A DNA stretch of 62,698 bases, filler included, from Pseudomonadota bacterium (GTDB lineage: Bacteria; Desulfobacterota; Desulfobacteria; Desulfobacterales; JBDRRP01), in NCBI GenBank assembly GCA_043825735.1. It is 4 parts of 4 records of this genome, joined end to end, with 100 filler letters (N's around TTAATTAATTAA, not from the genome) between each part and the next. Parts side by side here need not be neighbours in the genome. Positions count along the whole stretch, not along the records: positions 24,353 to 45,407 come from JBDRRP010000060.1; 3 more parts are not named here. The stretch is one strand, 5' to 3'. Shown here in pieces: positions 27,909 through 37,382 of this stretch. Positions within the stretch are counted from its first letter, which is position 1. Each line of letters starts with the position of its first letter. A program made the translations under genes and the position numbers. The notes under the pieces are model-generated. The model saw only the letters and a program-made list of their open reading frames with translations, did no database searches and was not told the origin of the DNA.

Positions 27909-28895
27909 CTACTCGGCCGCAATACTCGCCGGCCACAGGTAGTAAAAACCCGGGGTCATGTCAGGGAGCCACTCGCTGCCGCCTACCGACACCAGCGCCT
28001 GTGGCGGGCCTGCGCTCGCACCGGTGCTCAGCGGGTTGTAGATATTGTCGTCGGGAAACCCGCTTCGCCGGTAGACCACCACCCGCGCCCCTGGCGCCAG
28101 CCCCGCCATCTTTCGAGCCGCCGCGAGCGCATCGGGCAGGTAACCGATCTCGTCGATCAATCCCAGGGAGCGCGCATCGCCGGCTACGTAAATCCTTGCC
28201 GTTTTCACATCCGCCATGGCCTCGGGGGAAAGCGAGCGATGAGCGCTCACCGCGTCATAAAACCGCCGGGCCATGTCGTCGGTGACCGCCTGCAGCATCT
28301 GTTCTTCATCCTGGGTGGCCGGCCGGAAAGGCGAGCCCATGTCCTTGTAAGTTCCGGACTTACTGACCGCCACACCGACGCCGATTTTTTCCATGAGGCC
28401 GGTGAGCTTTGGCCGCATGAAAATGACCCCCACCGAGCCGGTCACCGTTGTGGGATGGGCGTAAATGGCGTCGGCGGCAAGGGCGACATAATAGCCCCCC
28501 GATGCCGCCACATCCATCATGACGGCCACGATTTTTATTCCGGTGCGCTGCTTGAAGGCATTGATCTCGCTGTAAAGAACGTCACTGGCCGTGGCCGTTC
28601 CGCCGGGGCTGTTGATCTTGAGCAAAACGGCCTTGATGTCCTTATCTTTTTCTGCGCGGCGCAGGTGTGATACCACCTCCTGCACCTTTCCGGGCAGCAC
28701 CCGGATAAACCCGCTTTTGGGCGTATCGGTGATGACACCCTGGATGGAGATCACCAGTACCTTTTCCGCGCCTTCGCCTTCCAGGGTATATTCTTTCAGC
28801 GGGTCCCTGGCGTCGGAGATCAACTTGATGCTGGGTGCTGCGCACCCGCCCGCCAGCAGCGCCGCTGCCAGCACGATGACACCGGTGATTTTCAT
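27909..28895 (-). CDS. sppA: Signal peptide peptidase SppA (S49), lipoprotein
   Basis: INSPGG, AASGGYY and GSVGV motifs; lipobox AGGC. Confidence 0.93.
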   Translation of the reverse strand: MKITGVIVLAAALLAGGCAAPSIKLISDARDPLKEYTLEGEGAEKVLVISIQGVITDTPKSGFIRVLPGKVQEVVSHLRRAEKDKDIKAVLLKINSPGGTATASDVLYSEINAFKQRTGIKIVAVMMDVAASGGYYVALAADAIYAHPTTVTGSVGVIFMRPKLTGLMEKIGVGVAVSKSGTYKDMGSPFRPATQDEEQMLQAVTDDMARRFYDAVSAHRSLSPEAMADVKTARIYVAGDARSLGLIDEIGYLPDALAAARKMAGLAPGARVVVYRRSGFPDDNIYNPLSTGASAGPPQALVSVGGSEWLPDMTPGFYYLWPASIAAE

Positions 28896-29209
28896 AGTAT
28901 GCCTCCCTCAGCGGCCATCCCAACAGGCGTTTAAAATATTTGTCAGAATAATGTTCCATTTCATCCCAGGCCCCTCTCGGGATCGGGATCGATATCGGGA
29001 TCGATATCGATTATTTCTTCCGCTATGGCCAATAGCGATACCGATAGCGATTTCGATGGTCACCCGGCATCGTTGTTTAAGCGAAATGACTCATTCTTGT
29101 TCGCGCCGGCGCCTTTGTCAAACGGCAAGCCGGCGGCATCACCGCAGGACACAGCGTGCTGTGATCCCGGCGGTCCCACCGGTCGATGACTGATGCCGCT
29201 ACTCCGGTA

Positions 29210-29238
29210 TTGACATCAATTGTTCGACACTCTATATT
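29210..29238 (+). promoter_or_regulatory. Sigma70-type promoter
   Basis: TTGACA-N17-TATATT upstream of the sigma54 activator gene. Confidence 0.6.
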
Positions 29239-29318
29239 TTTCAGCATAATAATCAAAAATCATTAGATTTTTCGGGCACTTTTCTTAACCTTTGACGACA
29301 GACGGTCCGGATCCCAGC

Positions 29319-30320
29319 ATGAGCGCCAGACTACAACTCGACGGCATAATCGGTCGAAGCGATGCCATTCGTCGCGTGTACGCCGTCATCGAGAGGATCG
29401 CCCCGACCGACAGCACCATCATGATCACCGGTGAAACCGGCACGGGAAAGGGCATTATCGCCAAAGCGATCCATCAAAATTCAAACCGGCGAGACAAACC
29501 CTTCGTGGCGATCAATTGCGGCGCCATACCGGAAAACCTGCTCGAAAGCGAACTGTTCGGCCATGTCAAAGGCGCATTTACCGGCGCGGTCAACGCCAAG
29601 ACGGGCAAATTCGAACTGGCTGCCGGAGGCACCATTTTTCTCGATGAAATCGGAGATATGAGTCCGGATCTCCAGGTGAAGATTCTGCGTGTGCTGGAGG
29701 AAAATCAATTCGAGCGTGTCGGTGGCAACAAGACGATCACCGTGGATATCCGGGTCATCGCCGCCACCCATCGCAATCTCAAACAACGTGTGGCGCAAGG
29801 GCTGTTCAGGGAGGATCTGTTTTACCGTCTCTATGTCATCCCGCTGGCGCTGCCGCCGCTTCGCGAGCGCATACCGGACATCCCTGTACTGGCCGATTTC
29901 TTCAGAGAAGAAGTCAGCCGGCGAAACGGCGTTCACGTAGAAGGATTTTCCGTCGACGTTCTGGCGGCCCTGAAGCATCATCCCTGGCCGGGCAACATCC
30001 GGGAACTCAAGAACCTGGTGGAGCGGTTGGTGGTCATCCGGCAGATCGGCACTATCGACATGGGGGATCTTCCTGAAGCCATCCGCGGCGCTGCACCGCT
30101 TCCCGTTGAACAGCCCCCTGAGATCTCACTGACCGATGACGGCATCTCCCTCAACTCGGCTGTCACCGAATACGAGAAGGCATTGATCCTGCAGTCGCTG
30201 GAAAAAACCAAATGGGTCAAAAATAAAGCGGCCAAACTGCTCCAACTCAACCGGACGACGCTGGTTGAAAAAATCAAGCGCTACCAGTTGGAGCCCACCG
30301 ATATGGCCGCGGAGGCGTAA
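29319..30320 (+). CDS. Sigma54-dependent activator (AAA+ and HTH, no N-terminal sensor)
   Basis: [27 protein letters not shown] and Fis-type HTH. Confidence 0.95.
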   Translation: MSARLQLDGIIGRSDAIRRVYAVIERIAPTDSTIMITGETGTGKGIIAKAIHQNSNRRDKPFVAINCGAIPENLLESELFGHVKGAFTGAVNAKTGKFELAAGGTIFLDEIGDMSPDLQVKILRVLEENQFERVGGNKTITVDIRVIAATHRNLKQRVAQGLFREDLFYRLYVIPLALPPLRERIPDIPVLADFFREEVSRRNGVHVEGFSVDVLAALKHHPWPGNIRELKNLVERLVVIRQIGTIDMGDLPEAIRGAAPLPVEQPPEISLTDDGISLNSAVTEYEKALILQSLEKTKWVKNKAAKLLQLNRTTLVEKIKRYQLEPTDMAAEA

Positions 30321-30433
30321 CGGAGGGATTTCACAAAGACCGGTCGAATGCCGTGGGCAGGCTAAAACCGAGGGTTAACGGCACTGCGGCCAGCGCAGGC
30401 GCGGTGACCACGTCAATGAGGACACCATTACCA

Positions 30434-31138
30434 ATGGAAATGCCGATGGATGTTCATATTCTCGTAGCAGACGATGATGAAAATATTCGGGAGATGCTTT
30501 CCACCTTCCTGGGGAAATTCAACTACCAAGTGGACACCGCCGCCAACGCCGACGAGGCCATGGGGCTGATGCAGACCCGCAATTACGACATCGTCCTGAC
30601 CGACAAAAACATGCCCGATGACATTGGCGATACCGAGGCCGGTATGCAGGTGCTAAAATATGCCAAGGACCACATGCCGGGCGCAGAAGTGATCATGATT
30701 ACCGGCTACGCAACCATTGAAACCGCCATCGAAGCGATGAAAATCGGCGCTTTCGATTACATCATGAAACCGGTACCCTTGGAGGAGTTGAAGGAAAAAA
30801 TCGACCGTATCCTGAATTACCGGCGGTTCATGAACGCCGACAACAACGTTCGGATATACAAAGTACTTCACCAGCAAGTGCTCGAACTGCTGCGCAACCA
30901 GGAAAAACTGCCAGAGGACCAAGTTCAGCGAATGCTCAAGCAGATTGGCGGTCGCATCGATCACGTCTTCGGCCTCCAGCGGGAGTATGAAGACATCATA
31001 CAGGGACAGGCCGATGCACTGAAGAAAATTGAGCAGTATACGGACTTGCTGGCCGACGCCATTCCCACCGACAGCCCCTACGTTGAAGTGCTGGGTCGTA
31101 TCCGCACCGAATCGAAAAAACGGCTGCTCAACAATTGA
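30434..31138 (+). CDS. Response regulator receiver protein
   Basis: ILVADDD, TDKNMP, ITG, DYIMKP motifs; start approximate. Confidence 0.88.
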   Translation: MEMPMDVHILVADDDENIREMLSTFLGKFNYQVDTAANADEAMGLMQTRNYDIVLTDKNMPDDIGDTEAGMQVLKYAKDHMPGAEVIMITGYATIETAIEAMKIGAFDYIMKPVPLEELKEKIDRILNYRRFMNADNNVRIYKVLHQQVLELLRNQEKLPEDQVQRMLKQIGGRIDHVFGLQREYEDIIQGQADALKKIEQYTDLLADAIPTDSPYVEVLGRIRTESKKRLLNN

Positions 31139-31212
31139 CTCACGGAGTCTGGCCGCCCGGCGCTGCTTCGGCGGCCCGGATTTGTTTACCGCCAACCGTG
31201 ACGGAGGCTTCC

Positions 31213-31437
31213 ATGAGCACCCACCGCGTAATCCAGTTCCAACCGTACCCGTTTTCCCCCGGGCAAAAAATCCACATCTCCGACGGTCCCCGTCACGGCG
31301 ACTGGGAAGTAATCTCCGTGACCGACCACAAACTGACACTGCGCTGCCCGGTGAGTCATCGAGAATTCACTTGGGAGCGCTTTTGTTATTTCGCCAAGGA
31401 AACCGAGGTATCGGTATGGCCCACGCCTGAGGGATGA
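31213..31437 (+). CDS. Small hypothetical protein
   Basis: GGAGG RBS before ATG 31213; 74 aa. Confidence 0.65.
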   Translation: MSTHRVIQFQPYPFSPGQKIHISDGPRHGDWEVISVTDHKLTLRCPVSHREFTWERFCYFAKETEVSVWPTPEG

Positions 31438-31570
31438 TGGCGCGGCGGGTGTATCCAGCGGGCGAATGCAATATTCGCCCCAATCGCATGCTCTGCCTGG
31501 AACGGTTCCCCACGGCATCCGTGAGATGGATCCCCTGCCGATGCTATCAATCGGTGCGTTTACACCGGTG

Positions 31571-32239
31571 TCACCGCACCGGGTCGCCGGGAGCCAGGGC
31601 CCTGCGGATAAATTGCATGATCCCGGCGGCGATGCGTTCGTCATCAACCAGCGCGCCCTCTCCGATAAACACCTTCATGCGCTCCATAAAATAATCCGAC
31701 GTGTAGGAAAACTGGAGCATCAATATAAGGTTGTCCAGGCAGAAGGCGGCCACTGCCGGATCCATGTCGCCGGCGATATGCCCGTCGGCAGCAGCCTCTG
31801 CTATCAAGTGTTGGTAAAGATGGGCGGAGATGGACTCCAGTTTGCCGGACAGCTGCCTGGAGAGGTGGGCAAGGCCTTCGGATGTCATATCCAGGTAGAT
31901 CTGGTTGAGCTGGGGGTATCGCCGGCTGTAGTCCTGGGCGGCGCGGATCATACGCTCGATTTTATCGAAAAACCCGCCGCTGTCGCCCGCAATGTCGGAG
32001 AGCACCTGCTCGAGCACGCCGTAGGCCCTGTCGATGACCGTTAGAAATAAATCGTCCTTGCGTTTGAAGTACTTGTACATGGCCCCGATGCTGATACCGG
32101 CGCCAAGGGCGATGGTGTTGATGTTGGCGGCGCTGAAACCCTTGGCGGCGAACTCGGAGACGGCGGCGCCGAGGATGCGCTCCTTCTTATCGGCTGGCAG
32201 CCGATCAAAGGCCGGGGTATAGTGGGGCTGGGAGTCCAT
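31571..32239 (-). CDS. TetR/AcrR-family regulator
   Basis: HTH IALGAGISIGAMYKYF.KDDL; divergent from the adjacent operon. Confidence 0.93.
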   Translation of the reverse strand: MDSQPHYTPAFDRLPADKKERILGAAVSEFAAKGFSAANINTIALGAGISIGAMYKYFKRKDDLFLTVIDRAYGVLEQVLSDIAGDSGGFFDKIERMIRAAQDYSRRYPQLNQIYLDMTSEGLAHLSRQLSGKLESISAHLYQHLIAEAAADGHIAGDMDPAVAAFCLDNLILMLQFSYTSDYFMERMKVFIGEGALVDDERIAAGIMQFIRRALAPGDPVR

Positions 32240-32288
32240 GGATGGTCACCTTACCGGCCGGTGTTTGCCGGACCGGGTTTTTGCTGGC

Positions 32289-32304
32289 GAGTGATTATTC
32301 ACTC
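32289..32304. promoter_or_regulatory. Putative TetR operator 1
   Basis: GAGTGA-TTAT-TCACTC, overlapping the likely -10 of tetR (minus-strand TTGACA at 32315-32320). Confidence 0.75.
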
Positions 32305-32367
32305 ACCCCGATCCTGTCAACACTTTTCTGTTGACTTTTGAAGCGGATGAGGTAGGTTGCGCCAAGA

Positions 32368-32383
32368 GAGTGAGCGTTCACTC
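32368..32383. promoter_or_regulatory. Putative TetR operator 2
   Basis: GAGTGA-GCGT-TCACTC, just after TTGACT...TAGGTT. Confidence 0.75.
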
Positions 32384-32422
32384 ACTACCTTTCATCACCC
32401 TAACGCCCCGGAGGCACAAACC

Positions 32423-33184
32423 ATGGAAACCGCATGGGTCAAGGCACGCCTCAACCTTTACGCCGTTATGCAAAACTTTGAAGAACTTGTCCGTTACGAC
32501 CCTGAATCGGCGGCCATGACCGCGGATTGGGATATCAGCCTCCAGTTTGCCATCCGGGGCGGCGACAGCGCCCATCTGGAATTCAGAAACGGACGGTGCC
32601 GGTTTTCCCGGGGGCCTCACCCGTCAGCAACGATCAGTCTATATTTCCTAACCCCCGGTCATTTCAATGCCATGATGGACGGCAAGGCGCCGCCAGTGCC
32701 GCTGCGGGGGCTGTTTCACATCCGGTTTCTCACCGGCGATTTCCAGCGTCTTTCCGACCGACTCGAATACTACCTGAAACCGACTGAAGAACGCATGGCC
32801 GATGCGGCTTACCGGGAACTCAACACCCGGATGAGCCTCAACTCAGCGGCCTTCAGCGTGCGGGAAATCGCTCTGGGAGATCCCATCGGCCGTCTCAACG
32901 CCGCCCATATGCCGCCCGGCGCCGTTGTTCTCAATATCCTCCCCGATGGACCGAGCGTGCATATCCGCTTCACCGTTGACGATATCATTGTGGAAAAAAC
33001 CGGAACGGACAACCCGATGGCACGACTTGAAATGAAAGACATGACCGTGGCCAGCGATTTTCTAAACGGCAAGCTGGACAGTTTTGCCGCCATCGCAGCC
33101 GGCGAAGTGGCCATCCGGGGGCAGATCCCCATGCTCGATGCCTTAAGTAACATCCTCGACCGCATCCCGCACTACCTGGGGTAA
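32423..33184 (+). CDS. Tandem SCP2-like (lipid-binding fold) protein
   Basis: C-terminal FLNGKLDSFAAIAAGEVAIRG is SCP2-like; GGAGG RBS. Confidence 0.65.
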   Translation: METAWVKARLNLYAVMQNFEELVRYDPESAAMTADWDISLQFAIRGGDSAHLEFRNGRCRFSRGPHPSATISLYFLTPGHFNAMMDGKAPPVPLRGLFHIRFLTGDFQRLSDRLEYYLKPTEERMADAAYRELNTRMSLNSAAFSVREIALGDPIGRLNAAHMPPGAVVLNILPDGPSVHIRFTVDDIIVEKTGTDNPMARLEMKDMTVASDFLNGKLDSFAAIAAGEVAIRGQIPMLDALSNILDRIPHYLG

Positions 33185-33210
33185 GGTCAACGCCCGAAAG
33201 GATCGACCCA

Positions 33211-34461
33211 ATGGAAACCTATTCGTTCAGTCGCTCTCAGGAACTTTTCTCCCGTGCGGCAAAGGTGATCCCCTGCGGCATCTACGGTCATTTCAGTCCT
33301 GCCCCCCTGGTGCCGCCCACCGACTACCCGTTTTACACGGAAAAAGCCGACGGCGCGCGCTTTTGGGATGTGGACGGTAACGAATTCATCGATTACATGT
33401 GCGCCTACGGCCCAATGGTGATGGGCTACAATCACCCGGAGGTGGACGGCGCCGCCATGGCCCAGCTCAAGCGCGGCAACTGCACCACCGGCGCACCGGC
33501 GGTGATAGTGGAACTGGCGGAAACCCTCGTGGATCTGATCCCGTCGGCCGACTGGGCCTTTTTCGCCAAAAACGGCGGTGATGTCACCAACTATGCCACT
33601 ATGGTGGCCCGCGATGCCACTGGCCGGCAAAAAATTGTCATGATCCAGGGGGGGTACCACGGCGTGGCGCCATGGATGCAGGCGCCGGGTCATCATGGGC
33701 TCATCGCCGCCGACGCCGAACACATCATCCGAATCCCCTGGAACGATGTGGCGGCCTTCCGGGAGGCCATTGACCGGCATCCGGGCGACATCGCCGGATT
33801 TATCGCCACCCCCTACCACGTACCGGCCTTTACCGACAGCATTCTGCCGGCGGACGGATACTGGCCCGCCATCGAAGCCCTGTGCCGGGAAAACGGCATC
33901 GTCCTCATCGTCGATGACATCCGCCACGGTTTTCGCCTCCACATGGGCGGCTCCTGCGAGTACTTCGGTTTCACCCCCGATCTGGTCTGCTTCTGCAAGG
34001 CCCTGGCAAACGGATATCCCATCTCCGCGCTCACGGGCCGCGAATCATTGAAAGCCGTGGCCGCCCGGGTGTTCTACACCGGCAGCTACTGGTTTTCAGC
34101 CGTTCCCATGGCGGCCGCGGTGGCGAACCTCCGGCTCATGGCCGCCATGGACGCCCCCCGACGCATGCTGGACATCGGTGAAAAATTATGCACAGGCATG
34201 GCCGATATCGCCCGGGGTTTCGGTTACACGCTGAAAGTTACCGGGGCCCCGTCCATGCCCTATCTGAGGATCACCAACGATCCCTCTCTGATGCTTCACC
34301 AGGACTGGTGCGGCGAGTGCACGAAACGGGGCGCCTTTTTCACCAGCCACCACAACTGGTTTGTCTCCACGGCCCACTCCGAAGAAGACATCCGCAAGAC
34401 CCTGGACATCGTTGAAGACGCTTTTTCAGCAGTGAAACGCAAATACGGAGACGCTTTTTGA
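33211..34461 (+). CDS. Class III PLP aminotransferase (GSA-aminomutase-like)
   Basis: WDVDGNEFIDY, GGYHG, DDIRHGFR, CKALANGYP motifs. Confidence 0.92.
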   Translation: METYSFSRSQELFSRAAKVIPCGIYGHFSPAPLVPPTDYPFYTEKADGARFWDVDGNEFIDYMCAYGPMVMGYNHPEVDGAAMAQLKRGNCTTGAPAVIVELAETLVDLIPSADWAFFAKNGGDVTNYATMVARDATGRQKIVMIQGGYHGVAPWMQAPGHHGLIAADAEHIIRIPWNDVAAFREAIDRHPGDIAGFIATPYHVPAFTDSILPADGYWPAIEALCRENGIVLIVDDIRHGFRLHMGGSCEYFGFTPDLVCFCKALANGYPISALTGRESLKAVAARVFYTGSYWFSAVPMAAAVANLRLMAAMDAPRRMLDIGEKLCTGMADIARGFGYTLKVTGAPSMPYLRITNDPSLMLHQDWCGECTKRGAFFTSHHNWFVSTAHSEEDIRKTLDIVEDAFSAVKRKYGDAF

Positions 34462-34530
34462 ACCGCGCGCCGGCCGCCGGCCGGCGGTGGTATCCGTCAA
34501 GCACTTTACCGATTGGATGGAGGACCGACA

Positions 34531-35373
34531 ATGCCCCTGACAGATGACGACCGAAGGCTGCTTTGCGAAAGGGCCCGTCAAAACCGGCTGGACATCATCG
34601 ACATCACGGCCTGGTCGGGCGGCGCCCATATCGGTGGCGCCCTCAGCATGGTGGAAATGCTCACCCTGCTTTATTACAACACCGCGCGCATCGACCCGGC
34701 CGTCCCTCAGGCACCGGACCGGGATCGCATCATCGTGAGCAAGGGTCACGGCGGTGTGGGTTACGCGGCCATGCTGGCGCGGCGCGGATACTTTGAATTC
34801 GATCTGCTCAAGCAATTCAACAAGTTCAAATCCCCTTTCGGCATGCATCTGGACAGCTGCAAGGTGCGCGGCGTGGATGTCTCCACCGGCTCCCTGGGAC
34901 ACGGGCTGCCAATGGCCGTGGGATTGGCGCTGGGGGCCCGGGTCCAAGGCAAAAAATGGCGCACCTACTGCATTCTGGGTGACGGCGAGTGCAACGAAGG
35001 CTCCGTCTGGGAGGCGGCCATGGCCGCCAGCCATTTCAACACCACCAACCTGATCACGTTCGTTGACCGCAACCGTCTCATGATCGATGGCACCACGGAG
35101 CAGGTGATGGGGCTCGAACCTTTTGCCGACAAGTGGCGGGCGTTCGGCTTTCACGTGGCCGAAGTTGACGGCCACTGCTTTGATGCCCTGGCGGATGCCG
35201 TCGCCTCGGCCCACGGGCGCACCGACGCCCCGGTGGTCATCATCGCCGACACCGTCAAGGGAAAAGGCGTCGACTTCATGGAAAACGAGGTCAAATGGCA
35301 CTACGGCGGGCTCGACACCGATCTCGCGGCAGCCGCCAGGGATTCTGTGAACCGCCGTTACGCCACCGCATGA
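34531..35373 (+). CDS. Transketolase N-terminal subunit
   Basis: SKGH, TGSLGHGL, GDGE...N ThDP motif, KGKG..WH. Confidence 0.93.
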   Translation: MPLTDDDRRLLCERARQNRLDIIDITAWSGGAHIGGALSMVEMLTLLYYNTARIDPAVPQAPDRDRIIVSKGHGGVGYAAMLARRGYFEFDLLKQFNKFKSPFGMHLDSCKVRGVDVSTGSLGHGLPMAVGLALGARVQGKKWRTYCILGDGECNEGSVWEAAMAASHFNTTNLITFVDRNRLMIDGTTEQVMGLEPFADKWRAFGFHVAEVDGHCFDALADAVASAHGRTDAPVVIIADTVKGKGVDFMENEVKWHYGGLDTDLAAAARDSVNRRYATA

Positions 35374-35430
35374 CCCCATCGCAGCGGGCCGCGCGCCACC
35401 GGGCGCCCCGCCGCCACAGGAGAGACCACC

Positions 35431-36441
35431 ATGAGTGAAGGATTGACCTGGACCGTTTACGATGCCGACGCCATGACCCAGGCGGAAATCTACGGAAGGG
35501 TGCTCTGCGAGTTGGGCGAGCGGCACCCGGACATCGTGGGGCTGTCGGCCGATCTGGCCAATTCCACCAAGATCGGCGCATTCGGGAAGAAGTTTCCGGA
35601 GCGGTTTTTCAATGTGGGCATCGCCGAACAGAATCTCTTCGGCATCGCCGCAGGCCTGGCCAAGTCGGGGCTAAAACCCATTGTCTCGACCATGGCCGTG
35701 TTCAGCGCCATGAGGGCCTGCGAACAGGTGCGCACCGACATCTGCTACCAGAATCTGAATGTGAAGATCATCGCCACCCACGGCGGCGCATCTTTCGGGC
35801 AGGCCGGCACCACCCACCACTGCACCGAAGATCTGGCCATCATGCGCAGCTTCGCCAACATGACCGTCATCGTGCCGGCCGACGGCATCGAAACGGCCAA
35901 TGCCGTGCGGGCCGCCGTCGACTGGCCCGGCCCCGTGTATATCCGCATCGGCCGGGGATTCGAGCCCCGGTATTATGACACCGAAGACTACGGGTTCGCC
36001 ATCGGCCGCGCCGTCGAGATCCACCCGGGCACCGATATCACCCTCATCTGCTGCGGGGTCACGGTGCTCCAGGCCGCCGAGGCCGCCCGCCACCTGGCCG
36101 ACACCGATGGTCTGAGCATACGAGTGATCAACATGCACACCATCAAGCCGCTGGACACCGAAGCGGTCATGCGCGCCGTCACCGACACCCGGCGCATCAT
36201 CACCTTGGAAGAGCACACCACCCAGGGCGGTCTGGGCAGCGCGGTGGCCGATGTCATCGCCACCAGCGGCAAGGGCTGCGCGTTCACCAAAGTGGGGATC
36301 CCCGACTGCTTCTGCGAAGTGGGCTATCCCGAAGATCTCTACAGCCACTACGGACTGGACGCCGACGGGATCATCGCAAAAGTACGGGAGATCATGCAGC
36401 GCGACTTTGAAGAAGACGACGACTGGGAGGATGAGATCTGA
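35431..36441 (+). CDS. Transketolase C-terminal subunit
   Basis: NVGIAEQN, RACEQVR, GTTHH, EEH...GGLGS motifs. Confidence 0.93.
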   Translation: MSEGLTWTVYDADAMTQAEIYGRVLCELGERHPDIVGLSADLANSTKIGAFGKKFPERFFNVGIAEQNLFGIAAGLAKSGLKPIVSTMAVFSAMRACEQVRTDICYQNLNVKIIATHGGASFGQAGTTHHCTEDLAIMRSFANMTVIVPADGIETANAVRAAVDWPGPVYIRIGRGFEPRYYDTEDYGFAIGRAVEIHPGTDITLICCGVTVLQAAEAARHLADTDGLSIRVINMHTIKPLDTEAVMRAVTDTRRIITLEEHTTQGGLGSAVADVIATSGKGCAFTKVGIPDCFCEVGYPEDLYSHYGLDADGIIAKVREIMQRDFEEDDDWEDEI

Positions 36442-37217
36442 TGACGGCCATCGATCGCGACCGGATGGCCGCCCGCCTCTTTCTCAGGGCGGTGCTGCCG
36501 GTAATGAAAATTCTGTTGACCGAGGATGCGAAAATGGCGTCCCGCTTTGCCGAGGCCAACTTTCGCATCTCCTTTCACGCTCCTGACGAACGCGGGCCGG
36601 TGGGGGCCTGCGTTAAATTGGATCACGGCGCCTTCAGCATCGCTTTCGCCCCCTGCGAGGACGCCGAAATTGTCTTTCGGTTTTCCAGCCTGGCCAAAAT
36701 GAACGCCTTTTTCGCCGGGAAACCCGTGGTGCCGGCCATCCGCGGATGGTGGCGCCTGGGCTTGCTCATAAAGGCCGTCTCCCTGCTCATGGGGCTTAAA
36801 ATCCTTATGCCCACTGCCGACCCCAAGGACGCCGGCCGCCGCCGGCTCAAGGTGAAGATGACCTTTTACATGATCACCACGGCCTTGAGCCAATACAACA
36901 AGGGGGAAGACCCTGAAATGGCCCAGTGGACGGCCCGGCAGCCCGAGCGGATCTACCAGATCACCGTGGATGAGGACATCGCCGCCTACCTCCGGGTCAA
37001 GGCGGGAAAGACCAAAGCGGGCCGCGGTGTCTACGGCCGGCGAAAACCCTTTGTCCACATGTGCTTTAGCGGCGTGGAGGGCGCCTATCCAATTGTTATG
37101 AACCAGGTCAACATGGTGGACGCGGTGCGAGACGGATTGCTTCGAATCGATGGCTCCCCGGAGTACGCCCGGGACATGGGCGATTTCATGATGCGCATCC
37201 AGGAACTGATCACCTAG
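36441..37217 (+). CDS. Hypothetical protein, SCP2-like fold
   Basis: Similar size and pattern to 32423-33184 (MNAFFAGK; DAVRDGLLRIDG); translationally coupled. Confidence 0.6.
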   Translation: MTAIDRDRMAARLFLRAVLPVMKILLTEDAKMASRFAEANFRISFHAPDERGPVGACVKLDHGAFSIAFAPCEDAEIVFRFSSLAKMNAFFAGKPVVPAIRGWWRLGLLIKAVSLLMGLKILMPTADPKDAGRRRLKVKMTFYMITTALSQYNKGEDPEMAQWTARQPERIYQITVDEDIAAYLRVKAGKTKAGRGVYGRRKPFVHMCFSGVEGAYPIVMNQVNMVDAVRDGLLRIDGSPEYARDMGDFMMRIQELIT

Positions 37218-37362
37218 CGTCCATCCAGAAACGGCATCTTTTGGCCCAGAGCGGCGTTTTCGCACTTTTCGAAATCCTCAAAATAGCGCCGCTATTCCTC
37301 CGGTTTCGAAAATGCTCAAGCCTTGCTCTGAACCAAAATCTACCATTTCTGGACGGACACTG
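37215..37362. repeat. MITE-like palindromic element
   Basis: GTCCATCCAGAAA...TTTCTGGACGGAC; homologous partial copy at 52829-52940. Confidence 0.75.
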
Positions 37363-37382
37363 TATATCGGAGACTAACAGCA

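Noticed and set aside
33211..34461. Calling this gene hemL
   Set aside because: Family similarity only; the context has no tetrapyrrole genes and motifs deviate (DDIRHGFR, CKALANG).
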